Positions 16,298-25,416 are shown, numbered from the stretch's first letter. The stretch is DNA of 28,274 bases from Parcubacteria group bacterium CG08_land_8_20_14_0_20_43_9 (GCA_002774465.1 PEYH01000045.1:3115-31388); one strand, 5' to 3'. Notes: generated by a model not told the origin, from the sequence alone. Numbers and translations are program-made.

Positions 16298-18109
16298 ATG
16301 TTTTTTAATTATTCAACAGATAGAGGATTTACATTGATAGAGGTATTAATCGCCACCCTCGTAATCTCCATTATTTTTTTGGGCATATTCGGTGGTTTCC
16401 AACTTATTGTCAGAGTGGTGGCGCAATCTAAGGCCAGCATGCAGGCGGTATATTTGGCGTCAGAAAAAATAGAGGAGATGCGGGGCTTGACGTTTGCCGA
16501 TATTAAAACAAAACAAGAAAACATCGTTATCAATGGCATTGAGTATAATATAGAGACGATAGTTGAAGAGTTTGACGATTGTGCCGATGGGACCATTGAG
16601 GGGATTGATTGTTCGGGGGCGGCGGTTCTCCCCGATGCCGCGCCGAATGATTATAAAAAGATGAAGGTCAGGGTTTCCTGGCAGGATTTTTTTGGAGGAG
16701 AGATGGTTTTAAGTTCTTACGCCGCCCCTGAATCCATGGAAACGGGCGAAGGAAAAGGCGCTTTGAGGGTGTCCTTGAGCGACAGTTTGGGCCAGCCGAT
16801 TGAGATTTTGACCGGTGACCAATTAGCTCCCTGTCCGCCGAGTTCCATAAACATAATAAACGAGGGCTGCGCTCTGGACCAATGCTATGGCACGGACACC
16901 AATAATCCCGGAGTTCGCCTTTTAATTTTGGACGAATCCTTGGAGCCGGACGATTATAAGATTATTGTCTCAAAGAGCGGGTACGCGAGAGGAGAAACAT
17001 TTCGTTCCGGCGAAGCATACGGCGATTCAATAATCGCCACTCCCGCCAGAAAGAATCCGACTATCAGCGAGGGGGAGCTTTACCCCATCACCTTTATTAT
17101 TGACCCCTTGAGCGATTTGAATATAAACACCGCGCTTGCTTGGAGCGGAGACAGTTTTTTTGATACTTTTTTAAGCGGAAGCAAAATTTCTTCAATGGAG
17201 AATATTTCTATTACTGACGGCCAGATAACTCTTGCCACTAGTTCTCCGGTAAGCTACTTTGAGGCCGGATATTTGGAATCATCTTCTGTAATCCCGAGCC
17301 AGATTACAGAATGGTATGAGTTTGAATGGTCGGACTTGGAAGACATTGATACGAATATTGCTTATAAAGTTTTTTATGCTACCAGCAGTTCCTGGCTTTT
17401 AATCCCTGATGAGGATTTGCCCGGGAACAGCGTCGGGTTTGATGTCTCCCCCGTTGACTTGAGCCGGCTAAATATTGATAAATATTCTGAATTAAAAATA
17501 AGGGCGGATTTTTTAACCAGCGACCTTTCTAAAACCCCGATTTTGTATGATTGGCGTCTTTCTTGGAAAAACGGAGAGGAAACGATGATTTCCGATGTCA
17601 GCTTTGATATCAGGGGCGATAAAACGGTGGGCGCAGACAGCGATGAAAATCCAATTTATAAATATTTGCAAACCCAAACCTCCGACTGGAACGGGGAAAA
17701 GTTGTTGCCAGGACTGGAAACAGACAATTACTACTTCTCTAATTTTACAAGAAGCGGCGGCGCGCTCAACCTTAACAATGAACTAAGCCCGATGCCTTTT
17801 AATCTTCCATCTGGAACAAGTGAGAGTTTTACTCTTTATCTTGAGTCAGATAATTCTTTGCTTGTTAAGGTGAAAGATGCCTCCAGCGCCGAGCCGGTCT
17901 TCGGCGCCGGGGTCAATCTTTCCAATGAGGGGCTGGGATATGATGTGGATTTGACGACAAACGAACTGGGGGAAGCGCTGTTTCTGCCTCTGCAAATCAG
18001 CGCGGATTATACATTAGAGGTTCAGGCGCAGAACTATTACAGCCAAACCGCCCCGATTTCTGTTTCAGGAGAAGATTATAAAGAAATAGGCATAGAAAGA
18101 TATGAATGA
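16298..18109 (+). CDS. Large prepilin-type protein (minor pilin, PilV-like position) with C-terminal beta-sandwich/carboxypeptidase-regulatory-like domains
   Basis: Class III signal RG|FTLIEVLIATLVISIIFLGIF; C-terminal VKVKDASSAEPVFGAGVNL...YTLEVQAQNY. ATG 16298 preferred; the track N-terminus translates the repeat tract. Confidence 0.8.
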   Translation: MFFNYSTDRGFTLIEVLIATLVISIIFLGIFGGFQLIVRVVAQSKASMQAVYLASEKIEEMRGLTFADIKTKQENIVINGIEYNIETIVEEFDDCADGTIEGIDCSGAAVLPDAAPNDYKKMKVRVSWQDFFGGEMVLSSYAAPESMETGEGKGALRVSLSDSLGQPIEILTGDQLAPCPPSSINIINEGCALDQCYGTDTNNPGVRLLILDESLEPDDYKIIVSKSGYARGETFRSGEAYGDSIIATPARKNPTISEGELYPITFIIDPLSDLNINTALAWSGDSFFDTFLSGSKISSMENISITDGQITLATSSPVSYFEAGYLESSSVIPSQITEWYEFEWSDLEDIDTNIAYKVFYATSSSWLLIPDEDLPGNSVGFDVSPVDLSRLNIDKYSELKIRADFLTSDLSKTPILYDWRLSWKNGEETMISDVSFDIRGDKTVGADSDENPIYKYLQTQTSDWNGEKLLPGLETDNYYFSNFTRSGGALNLNNELSPMPFNLPSGTSESFTLYLESDNSLLVKVKDASSAEPVFGAGVNLSNEGLGYDVDLTTNELGEALFLPLQISADYTLEVQAQNYYSQTAPISVSGEDYKEIGIERYE

Positions 18110-18167
18110 AGACCCGCCTATTTCGCTCGCAGGGGCTTGAAATTAAATTATACATAAAACTCAATCA

Positions 18168-19172
18168 ATGTCTTTTAATCACAAGGGGTTTACTTTAATA
18201 GAAACATTGGTCGCCATATTTATTCTTGGCGTTTTGACTACGGCTCTGTTTTCCATTATTCCGGCAATTTACCGGGTGGATAGTTATGTTTGGCATCAGG
18301 CCTACGCCACGAACGAAGCGAGGAGGGGCGTAAAGACAATAATAAGAGAGATAAGGGAAGCGATTACCGCTGAAGACGGGTCGTATGTCATTTTGTCAGC
18401 CCGGGACAACGAGTTTATTTTTTTTAGCGATATTGACAAAGACGACGACATAGAAAGGGTAAGATATTTTTTAGGAGGAACCTCGGATTACCAGCAAACG
18501 CAAGAATGCGTTTCATATATTGACGGGGGCTCCTGCTCGGTGATATTCTCCGATTTTTTGAATGGGACGCTTAACGAGGCGAGCGTTCAAGCGGGCGTCA
18601 AAGGGGATTTCGGATTGTCGTCCGAAATGGCCGACATCTATGCTGACGGAATTCTTTTGGGCTCGGTTTGCGCCGGCGGGTCGTCCTGTGAGGACTGCTC
18701 TGCCGTTTGGAACGGCGTGACCAGCTTTGACGCGATGAGTCAGACCGCTGATGGCTATTTGCAATTGACTGCCGATGCCAGCAGCCAGGTCAATGACATA
18801 TGCTCTCCCGGATATTTTTCCATGCGCGCTCAATTCCAATTGAATTGGCAAGCCACGGAAGCCGGAGTGGAAAGAGAATTTAAGAAAGGAGTCATAGAGC
18901 CGGTCGGCGATATTCCGGGATACCCGGCAGACCAGGAGGAAGTCGTCATATTGTCCCATTACATTCAGAACCAAATAGGCAGTCCCCAAAAAAGCGTATT
19001 TAAATATTTTGATAAAGATGGGCAGGAAATCACTGACCCGGTGGAAAGAATAAACAACACCAAGATTATAAAAGTTATGCTGATTGTCAATGTTGAGCCC
19101 AATCGCACTCCAGACGATTATTATCTGGAAAGCAAGGTTCAATTAAGAAACTTAATCTCCGGAGATGAATAA
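18168..19172 (+). CDS. Prepilin-type minor pilin (PilW/PulJ-like)
   Basis: KG|FTLIETLVAIFILG, EIREA, SDIDKDDDIERVRYF, C-terminal LESKVQLRN. Confidence 0.8.
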   Translation: MSFNHKGFTLIETLVAIFILGVLTTALFSIIPAIYRVDSYVWHQAYATNEARRGVKTIIREIREAITAEDGSYVILSARDNEFIFFSDIDKDDDIERVRYFLGGTSDYQQTQECVSYIDGGSCSVIFSDFLNGTLNEASVQAGVKGDFGLSSEMADIYADGILLGSVCAGGSSCEDCSAVWNGVTSFDAMSQTADGYLQLTADASSQVNDICSPGYFSMRAQFQLNWQATEAGVEREFKKGVIEPVGDIPGYPADQEEVVILSHYIQNQIGSPQKSVFKYFDKDGQEITDPVERINNTKIIKVMLIVNVEPNRTPDDYYLESKVQLRNLISGDE

Positions 19173-20628
19173 AAGAAAAGGATTCATCATCACCTATATC
19201 CTGGTATTTGGTTCGGTGTTTATGATTTTGTTAATAGCGGTTTCGGGCTTTGTTTTAAGCCAGATGAGGCAGGCGAAATATGAGTTGGCTTACGAACAAT
19301 CGTTGCATATTGCGGAGGCGGGATTGAATAGATACAAATGGTACTTGTTGCATAAGGAGCAGGAACTCTTTGGAGGGGTTGAGATTGGGTGCCCGCCTTC
19401 GGATTGCGCTTCCTGCGCCCCTTGCGAATATGAATTCTCTTTGCCCGGCGCAGGCGCTCTCGGGAAATATCGGTTAGAAGTTCTTGAAGAAAGGGCCTGC
19501 GATATAACCACCTCTGTTCAGGTGGTTTCCACGGGCTGGACCTATCAGTTTCCGGACGCTGACCGGAGTATAAGGGTTCATTATATCAAGCCGACGGTGG
19601 CTGAATATTCTTATATCCTTAACCACAATGTTTGGGCCGGCGACGACAGGATTATTATGGGGCCGTATCACTCCAACGGAGGCATCCGGATGGACGGCCA
19701 GAATAATTCTTTTGTCAGCTCCGAGCAGATTCAGTGGTCTTGCACTGATTCGTATGGCTGTTCGTCCTGTCCCCTGGAATGCGCTTATAGCCCGTCTCAA
19801 GGATGCCTTTGCCCGGGCGTTTTCACCACCGCCAACGGCAATGAGGATTTGTTCCGGATAGATGCCCCCCATTTTGATTTTGAGGGGATTACTATTGACT
19901 TAGGAATAATCAAAGGGCTTACTCAACCCCCGCCCGAGGGCCAAGGCAAGGGTTTATATCTGCCTCCCTCAAACGCTTACGGTTATCATGTTATAATCAA
20001 TCAAAGACAGTTGTCGGTGAGGAAGATAGAGAGAGTCAGCAGGGTCTATGCCTATGATACGGATTTAGGTTATTTTTGGGAATATTCAATCATTGACCGC
20101 GAAGGCGCCGCTGTTAATTATAATTTGAGCGACTGCGGGCTGGTTTTTATAGAAGATAATGTCTGGCTTCAGGGCACAATAAGCGGCAAGATTACTCTGG
20201 CAGCGGCGGACCTTATCAGCCCGTCGGTGACCAGGAATGTTTGGTTAAAGGATGACATAGTGTATTTAAATCCGGATAATTCGGACAGCTTGGTTGTCAT
20301 GGGACAGAATAATGTTTTAATAACGCCGGACTCGCCGGATTATTTGGACTTACACGGGGTATTCATCGCCCAAACCGGCCATTTCGGCAGAAATTATTAT
20401 TCTCCTTACACTTATCCCAATTATGCCAAAAAAGAACAGTTGAACATGCTTGGGTCTGTTATAAGCAACGGGAGGGTCGGCACCAAATGGACTTCAGGGA
20501 GCGTGTGGGTTTCAGGGTACCGGGAGAGGCGGAATATTTATGACCCGACAATGAGTTTTAACCCCCCGCCTTTTCTGCCCTCCATTTCAGAAGAGTTTAG
20601 CTATAAAAAGTGGGAAGAAATACAATGA
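19165..20628 (+). CDS. PilX-like minor pilin
   Basis: KG|FIITYILVFGSVFMILLIAV without E5, SLHIAEAGL motif, Cys-rich segments; overlaps the upstream gene by 8 nt. Confidence 0.7.
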   Translation: MNKRKGFIITYILVFGSVFMILLIAVSGFVLSQMRQAKYELAYEQSLHIAEAGLNRYKWYLLHKEQELFGGVEIGCPPSDCASCAPCEYEFSLPGAGALGKYRLEVLEERACDITTSVQVVSTGWTYQFPDADRSIRVHYIKPTVAEYSYILNHNVWAGDDRIIMGPYHSNGGIRMDGQNNSFVSSEQIQWSCTDSYGCSSCPLECAYSPSQGCLCPGVFTTANGNEDLFRIDAPHFDFEGITIDLGIIKGLTQPPPEGQGKGLYLPPSNAYGYHVIINQRQLSVRKIERVSRVYAYDTDLGYFWEYSIIDREGAAVNYNLSDCGLVFIEDNVWLQGTISGKITLAAADLISPSVTRNVWLKDDIVYLNPDNSDSLVVMGQNNVLITPDSPDYLDLHGVFIAQTGHFGRNYYSPYTYPNYAKKEQLNMLGSVISNGRVGTKWTSGSVWVSGYRERRNIYDPTMSFNPPPFLPSISEEFSYKKWEEIQ

Positions 20629-21722
20629 AATTTGATTTGCTCAACTTGAATCCCGGGACTTTTGGGTTAGATATTTCCGACCGGTCTTTGAAGGCGGTTT
20701 TTTTAAAAAAACACAAGAGGTCTTTAAGAATAGGGGGCTTTGAAGAAGTTTTTTTGCCGGAAGGAATAATTCGCGGAGGCGAAGTCCAGGATATGGAAAA
20801 ACTGGCGGTTTTTATTAAAAAGACGAGCGGGAAATTGAAAGGTCTTGAAACCAGGCAAGTTATTCTTTCTTTGCCGGAAGAGAAGTCGTTTATCCGGCTC
20901 TTAAGAATGCCGGCCATGAGTGTGCCGGAAATCAAGGCGGCCGTGCGGTTTGAGGCGGAGAATTATATCCCTTTCTCGGCAGACAAGGTTTATCTTGATT
21001 CCCAAATTGCTCAATTTCCGGGAGAGAGCAGGGACTATATGGAAGTTTTGGTCGCCGCTTTGCCTAAAAAAACCGTTGACTCTTACGTAGCGGCGATCTA
21101 TGGCGCCGGACTGATACCGGTGGCCATGGAAACCGAATCGCAGGCAACGGCCAGAGCGCTGATAAAGGGCTCTTACGCTCCGAAACCTGTTTTTATAGTT
21201 GATATGGGCGCAACTTCTACCAACTTCAGCGCTTATCTCGGCAATTCATTGCGCTTCACCTCATTTATTACTTTTTCCACCAATAGCTTAGGGACGGTCT
21301 TATCTGAAGCATTGAAGATAAGCCCGGAAGAAGCGGCTAAGGCCCAAGTCCTTTACGGATTCCAAAAGAAAGGAGGCAGAGCAAAGAGGATATTTGAAGT
21401 ATTGTCTCCCGCAATGGCAGTGTTTATCGCAGAGATTGATAAGCATATTGATTATTATCAAGCCCATTCTTTTCAAGGAAAAGGAAACGGTATTAAAGAA
21501 GGCGTCCGCGAGTTGATTTTATGCGGCGGCGGGGCAAGAATTAAGGGCTTAGCAACCTTTGTTTCCCAAAAAACAGGGCTAATCGTCCAAAAAGGAAATC
21601 CGTTAGCGAATCTTCCTTGGGAGGAAAAATTAAATAAGAAGATATTGAAGGACGATCTCCTCCCTTTTTCTACGGCAATAGGGCTTGCTCTAAGAGGATA
21701 CAGGCCGGCATTATATGATTAA
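20625..21722 (+). CDS. pilM: Type IV pilus assembly protein PilM (actin-like)
   Basis: FGLDISDRSLKAV, FEAENYIPF, VDMGATST, LCGGGARIKGL, TAIGLALRG; ATG 20625 overlaps the upstream TGA. Confidence 0.9.
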   Translation: MKFDLLNLNPGTFGLDISDRSLKAVFLKKHKRSLRIGGFEEVFLPEGIIRGGEVQDMEKLAVFIKKTSGKLKGLETRQVILSLPEEKSFIRLLRMPAMSVPEIKAAVRFEAENYIPFSADKVYLDSQIAQFPGESRDYMEVLVAALPKKTVDSYVAAIYGAGLIPVAMETESQATARALIKGSYAPKPVFIVDMGATSTNFSAYLGNSLRFTSFITFSTNSLGTVLSEALKISPEEAAKAQVLYGFQKKGGRAKRIFEVLSPAMAVFIAEIDKHIDYYQAHSFQGKGNGIKEGVRELILCGGGARIKGLATFVSQKTGLIVQKGNPLANLPWEEKLNKKILKDDLLPFSTAIGLALRGYRPALYD

Positions 21723-22248
21723 TCTTTTACCTCCAATTGAAAAAAGTAAGCGCAGGCAAGAGAGATTGCTGAAGTTGACATGGATTTTAGGCGTCTTAAC
21801 GGTGGCGTCAGCGCTCTCGTTCGCCCTTATTTTGCTTTCCGTAAGATTTTACATCGCCGACCAGATTAGGATACAAGACGTCTTAGTGGATGAGGCGAAG
21901 GGCAAAAACATCAAAGTCAATATTTTGCAGGAGAAAATAAAAACGGTTAATTATACCCTGTCCGGATTGAACGATTTTTATCAGAGTCAATTTCCGCTGA
22001 CGGATTTCTTGGGGAGGATTTCCCTACTGCTTCTCCAAGATATGTATTTGGAGAGGTTTTCGTATCAAAAAGAAAATTTTCAGGCGACCTTCACCTGTCA
22101 TGCGCCGACCATTGATTCTATTTACGAGTTCCGGGAAGCAATGAGAAGCCAGGGCGATTTCAAGGATGTCAATTTTGTCTTGCCGGACTGGCTTGAACCG
22201 AATAACATTACATTCAGAGTAAGTTTTAAGTTGAACAATGAATTATAG
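21715..22248 (+). CDS. pilN: PilN-like protein
   Basis: MINLLPP motif (PilM-binding INLLP), single TM, position after pilM. Confidence 0.75.
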   Translation: MINLLPPIEKSKRRQERLLKLTWILGVLTVASALSFALILLSVRFYIADQIRIQDVLVDEAKGKNIKVNILQEKIKTVNYTLSGLNDFYQSQFPLTDFLGRISLLLLQDMYLERFSYQKENFQATFTCHAPTIDSIYEFREAMRSQGDFKDVNFVLPDWLEPNNITFRVSFKLNNEL

Positions 22249-22810
22249 GCAGAAATTATATGTTTCCATATTTTCCATAATCTTCGCGGTTTTATTATTG
22301 TTTGTTTTTTGCATTCTGCCGGCCTTGAAGGCGATTGCTTCAAGTTCCCGGGAGTTGGCGCTTCGCCGGCAGGAGCTCGCCTCCATTGAGTATCTGGCGG
22401 AAAGCTTTGAGGATTTTGAGAAGAATTTCCAGTTCTACGAGGACGGCCTTGCCGAAATGGAGGAACTGCTTCAGCGGGAATCCTTAATTGACCCCGAGAT
22501 TCCGGTAAGTTTTATTAATTTTTTCAAAGAAGAAGCGTCAAATCTCAATCTTGTTTTAAAAATTTTTCCGATTGCTTTTCATGAAAACAAAAATGGGCAA
22601 TGGAATTATATGAGTTTTAAGATAGAAGGCAAGGGTCGGTTTATTGACATAATGAAATTTCTTGAGAAACTGGAAAACAGCCGGTGGCTTATTAGCGAGG
22701 TTAGTTTTGATATTTTGAGCTCAAATGAGACCCTGGCCAAGGAAGAACCAAAATTTGGGGGAGAATATGCGGAAATTTATCTTTCAATAGAGGTCTATGC
22801 CAAAGATTAA
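22238..22810 (+). CDS. pilO: PilO-like protein
   Basis: N-terminal TM, coiled coil, IEGKGRFIDIMKFLEKLEN pattern, position after pilN. Confidence 0.7.
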   Translation: MNYRQKLYVSIFSIIFAVLLLFVFCILPALKAIASSSRELALRRQELASIEYLAESFEDFEKNFQFYEDGLAEMEELLQRESLIDPEIPVSFINFFKEEASNLNLVLKIFPIAFHENKNGQWNYMSFKIEGKGRFIDIMKFLEKLENSRWLISEVSFDILSSNETLAKEEPKFGGEYAEIYLSIEVYAKD

Positions 22811-23114
22811 TTTTAAAATAAATATTAAGGGCGTTAGGCGGGCGATAACAAAAATTTTTTGGCTTTTGGGGCGAAGGGCTTTTGTCGGGTTTTTAATTTT
22901 CTTTTTCATCGGTCTGTTTATCGGGGGCGTGATTTTTTATTATTACGGATTTTTAGTCGTAGTCCGGGAGCCGGAAATAAGGCCGTACGAGGTAAGATTA
23001 GACGACCAGCTGTACCAGCAGTTCCTTGAGAGCTATCGGCAAAGAAGGGTAAGTTTTGACAATGCCGGCTTTAAATTGTATTTTAATCCCTTTTTTCACT
23101 CAAATATTAAATAA
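22797..23114 (+). CDS. Small membrane protein ending the pilus operon
   Basis: 105 aa, one TM, overlaps the pilO stop; no recognisable motif. Confidence 0.65.
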   Translation: MPKINFKINIKGVRRAITKIFWLLGRRAFVGFLIFFFIGLFIGGVIFYYYGFLVVVREPEIRPYEVRLDDQLYQQFLESYRQRRVSFDNAGFKLYFNPFFHSNIK

Positions 23115-23172
23115 ATGATTTTAGCGCTATGGGCGCGCCTCAAGAGGTTTGCCCGCTTCGGGTGGACGGACC

Positions 23173-23201
23173 TTGATTCAGGGGCGCTTTTGTCGTATAG
23201 T
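23173..23201 (+). promoter_or_regulatory. Promoter for tRNA-Arg(TCT) and tRNA-His
   Basis: TTGATT-17bp-TATAGT, 10 nt before tRNA base 1. Confidence 0.6.
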
Positions 23202-23211
23202 GTCAGCACCA

Positions 23212-23288
23212 GCCCTCGTAGCATAATTGGATAATGCAGGGCCCTTCTAAGGCCAAGATTAGAGGTTCGAGTCCTCTCGAGGGCACCA
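23212..23288 (+). tRNA. tRNA-Arg(TCT), CCA encoded
   Basis: GCCCTCG/CGAGGGC acceptor, A20, loop CTTCTAA, AGAGG-TTCGAGT-CCTCT. Confidence 0.95.
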
Positions 23289-23330
23289 GCGGTTGCTTCG
23301 CAACCTAAAATAAAAATGTAAAACTAAAAA
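23289..23330 (+). repeat. tRNA-Arg 3' trailer element, copy B
   Basis: Identical to 267-308 (minus) over 42 nt. Confidence 0.95.
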
Positions 23331-23383
23331 CTGAAAACAGAAGATAAAATTAATAATTAATAATTAATGATTAATATTGTTAT

Positions 23384-23456
23384 GGTGGTCGTAGTGTAGT
23401 GGTTAGCACAAGAATCTGTGGAATTCTTAGGGGGAGTTCGAATCTCCTCGACCACC
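23384..23456 (+). tRNA. tRNA-His(GTG) with encoded G-1, CCA not encoded
   Basis: G-1/C73, GTGGTCG/CGACCAC acceptor, AGAAT-CTGTGGA-ATTCT, TTCGAAT. Confidence 0.95.
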
Positions 23457-23463
23457 AAAAATC

Positions 23464-23495
23464 CCAGAAACCCTTGTATTCACAAGGGTTTTTGG
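23464..23495. terminator. Terminator between tRNA-His and the convergent fic gene
   Basis: CCAGAAACCCTTGT-attc-ACAAGGGTTTTTGG hairpin. Confidence 0.75.
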
Positions 23496-23562
23496 TTAAA
23501 AAGATTGATTTTTAAAATAAATTATTACTATTATGGGCGGATAATTGTTGGGTTGAGGATTT

Positions 23563-24690
23563 TTATTTTTTAAATAAATTAAGATATTCGGTTAACTCAA
23601 ACAGGCGGTTTCGCGAAAAACCAGTGATTTCTTTTAGTAATCCAAGTTTCTCCATGTCAGCGAGTAAGTGATTGGCCGTATTAAATGTTATTTTGAACTG
23701 ATTCATTACGGTTTTTGAGCTAACAATTGGCTGAGAAAATAGAAATAGTAAAACTTCGTTAGCAATTTTAGTCCGCCTGCCAAGTAGCATAATTTTCTTT
23801 TCATAATTCTGTCGTAGCTTAACTATTTTTTGAAACGTTTCTTTGCCCCTTTTTGAGATATCGATGACTCCATTGAGAAAAAATTTAACCCATTGCTCAA
23901 TATCATTAGATGAACGAACCACCGTTAAAGAATTATAATAACTACCCTTGTTCTTCTCAAAAAAGGCGGATAAATATAATGTTGGGTATTTTAGAATCCC
24001 GCGTTCAATCATTTGGAGAATTATTATTAATCTGCCAATTCTTCCATTCCCATCTAAAAAAGGATGGATGGTTTCAAATTGATAATGGCAGATCGCTATT
24101 TTGATGAGAATGGGTATCTGCAGGCTTTTGTTATGCCAAAACTTTTCCCAATCAGTCAACAATTCTGGTAATTCATCTTTGTGAGGCGGAATAAAGAAAG
24201 CATCCGATAAATTAGAGCCGCCTATCCAATTTTGACTATTCCTTATTTCGCCAGGCGATTTATGTTCGCCCCTAACGCCCGATAGCAGAATTTTGTGGGC
24301 ACTCTTTATAAGACGGATCGATAAAGGAATTTTTTGCAATTCGGCAATGACAAAATTCATTGCCTTGATATAATTTTGAACCTCCTGCCAATCATCTATT
24401 TTTTCAGGGCGTATTTCTTCTTTTGGCAAAATCGCCTCATTGATTTCGGTTTTAGTCCCTTCTATTCTGCTCGAGATAGTGGCTTCTTTTATTGAATGGG
24501 CTTTTATAAAAAAATTAACATCTGGCACTAAAATAGAATAAGCATTTAATTCGCCCAAATAACGAACAGCCTCCTCCAATAGCAGGTCAATCTTTTTATC
24601 CTTAAAGTCAAATTCGTGATTGATTGTAGACGGAGCAAAACTTTTATACTCGTTTTGTTGTTTATAATATCCTGATGTAAATTTGATCAT
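23563..24690 (-). CDS. fic: Fic family protein (class II, N-terminal inhibitory motif, C-terminal wHTH-like region)
   Basis: Catalytic motif [12 protein letters not shown], inhibitory [21 protein letters not shown] 24690 preferred; the track TTG 24720 lies in the promoter/operator. Confidence 0.93.
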   Translation of the reverse strand: MIKFTSGYYKQQNEYKSFAPSTINHEFDFKDKKIDLLLEEAVRYLGELNAYSILVPDVNFFIKAHSIKEATISSRIEGTKTEINEAILPKEEIRPEKIDDWQEVQNYIKAMNFVIAELQKIPLSIRLIKSAHKILLSGVRGEHKSPGEIRNSQNWIGGSNLSDAFFIPPHKDELPELLTDWEKFWHNKSLQIPILIKIAICHYQFETIHPFLDGNGRIGRLIIILQMIERGILKYPTLYLSAFFEKNKGSYYNSLTVVRSSNDIEQWVKFFLNGVIDISKRGKETFQKIVKLRQNYEKKIMLLGRRTKIANEVLLFLFSQPIVSSKTVMNQFKITFNTANHLLADMEKLGLLKEITGFSRNRLFELTEYLNLFKK

Positions 24691-24694
24691 ATTC

Positions 24695-24761
24695 TTGAGA
24701 TATAAATATTTATATCTCAATTTTATGAACTTATTTGAAATATGTCAATAATATATCTCAA
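24695..24761 (-). promoter_or_regulatory. fic promoter with two operator-like inverted repeats
   Basis: Minus-strand TTGACA(24748-24743)-17bp-TAAAAT(24725-24720); perfect 26-bp palindrome 24695-24720; second site TTGAAATAT-N9-ATATCTCAA at 24735-24761. Confidence 0.75.
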
Positions 24762-24941
24762 ATTTTAATTTATAACACTTTTCGTAATATTATACTTCCA
24801 AATATTTTAGTCGGAATTGATCCCGGCTCGATTAGTTTATGATATAAGAAATTTTACCCCAAACAGGTTCTGACATCCCTTCTTCACTAAAGCTACGGAC
24901 AGGCAATGCGTACGCTAGTCGACTCAAACAAAATAACACTC

Positions 24942-24965
24942 AAAAAGCCCGCTAACGGGTTTTTT
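24942..24965. terminator. Orphan terminator-like hairpin
   Basis: AAAAAGCCCG-ctaa-CGGGTTTTTT. Confidence 0.55.
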
Positions 24966-25016
24966 AAATTTCAAAATCTTGTTTTAAGTCCCCAAAAATG
25001 ATAATCTTATTTTAAC

Positions 25017-25091
25017 GCCCCCATAGTTCAAGGGACAGAACAAGGGACTCCTAAGCCCTAGATCCAGGTCCGAGTCCTGGTGGGGGCACCA
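25017..25091 (+). tRNA. tRNA-Arg(CCT), CCA encoded
   Basis: GCCCCCA/TGGGGGC acceptor, A20, loop CTCCTAA (A31-G39 mismatch), CCAGG-TCCGAGT-CCTGG (C55). Confidence 0.9.
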
Positions 25092-25159
25092 GCGGTTGCT
25101 TCGCAACCTAAATTAAAAATGTAAAACTAAAAATGAAAAGTAAAAACAAAATGAAAAAT
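25092..25159 (+). repeat. tRNA-Arg 3' trailer element, copy C
   Basis: 41/42 to copy B; 65/68 to copy A. Confidence 0.95.
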
Positions 25160-25249
25160 TAAAAATTAAAAACAGAACTCAATGTTAAAAATGTAAAACG
25201 AAAAATGAAAAGTAAAAACAAAATGAAAAATTAAAAATTAAAAACAGAA
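25113..25249 (+). repeat. 65-nt A-rich direct duplication with period 72
   Basis: 25113-25177 versus 25185-25249, one mismatch. Confidence 0.9.
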
Positions 25250-25304
25250 TTTAAGGGCAAAAGCGCAGAACTAAAAATATAAAATCAAAAATAAAAAATA
25301 AATT

Positions 25305-25381
25305 GGGCTCGTAGCTCAGCTGGCCAGAGCACGCGCATGGCATGCGCGGGGTCGAGGGTTCAAATCCCTCCGGGTCCACCA
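25305..25381 (+). tRNA. tRNA-Ala(GGC), CCA encoded
   Basis: GGGCTCG/CGGGTCC acceptor with G3:U70, CGCGC-ATGGCAT-GCGCG with A32-U38, TTCAAAT. Confidence 0.96.
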
Positions 25382-25416
25382 TAATCAATTATTAATGATT
25401 AATTATTAAATTCATT

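Noticed and set aside
18513-19142. 209-aa minus-strand ORF
   Set aside because: Antisense to the PilW-like gene; no recognisable domain.
23125-23165. Three tiny hairpins after the pilus operon
   Set aside because: Stems of 4-5 bp with no U-tract could arise by chance.
23457-25016. Intact integrative element or prophage at tRNA-His
   Set aside because: No integrase and no duplicated tRNA 3' end found; kept only as a possible remnant.
25092-25300. Possible CRISPR array
   Set aside because: Only two low-complexity adjacent copies with a 7-nt gap, no unique spacers and no cas genes.
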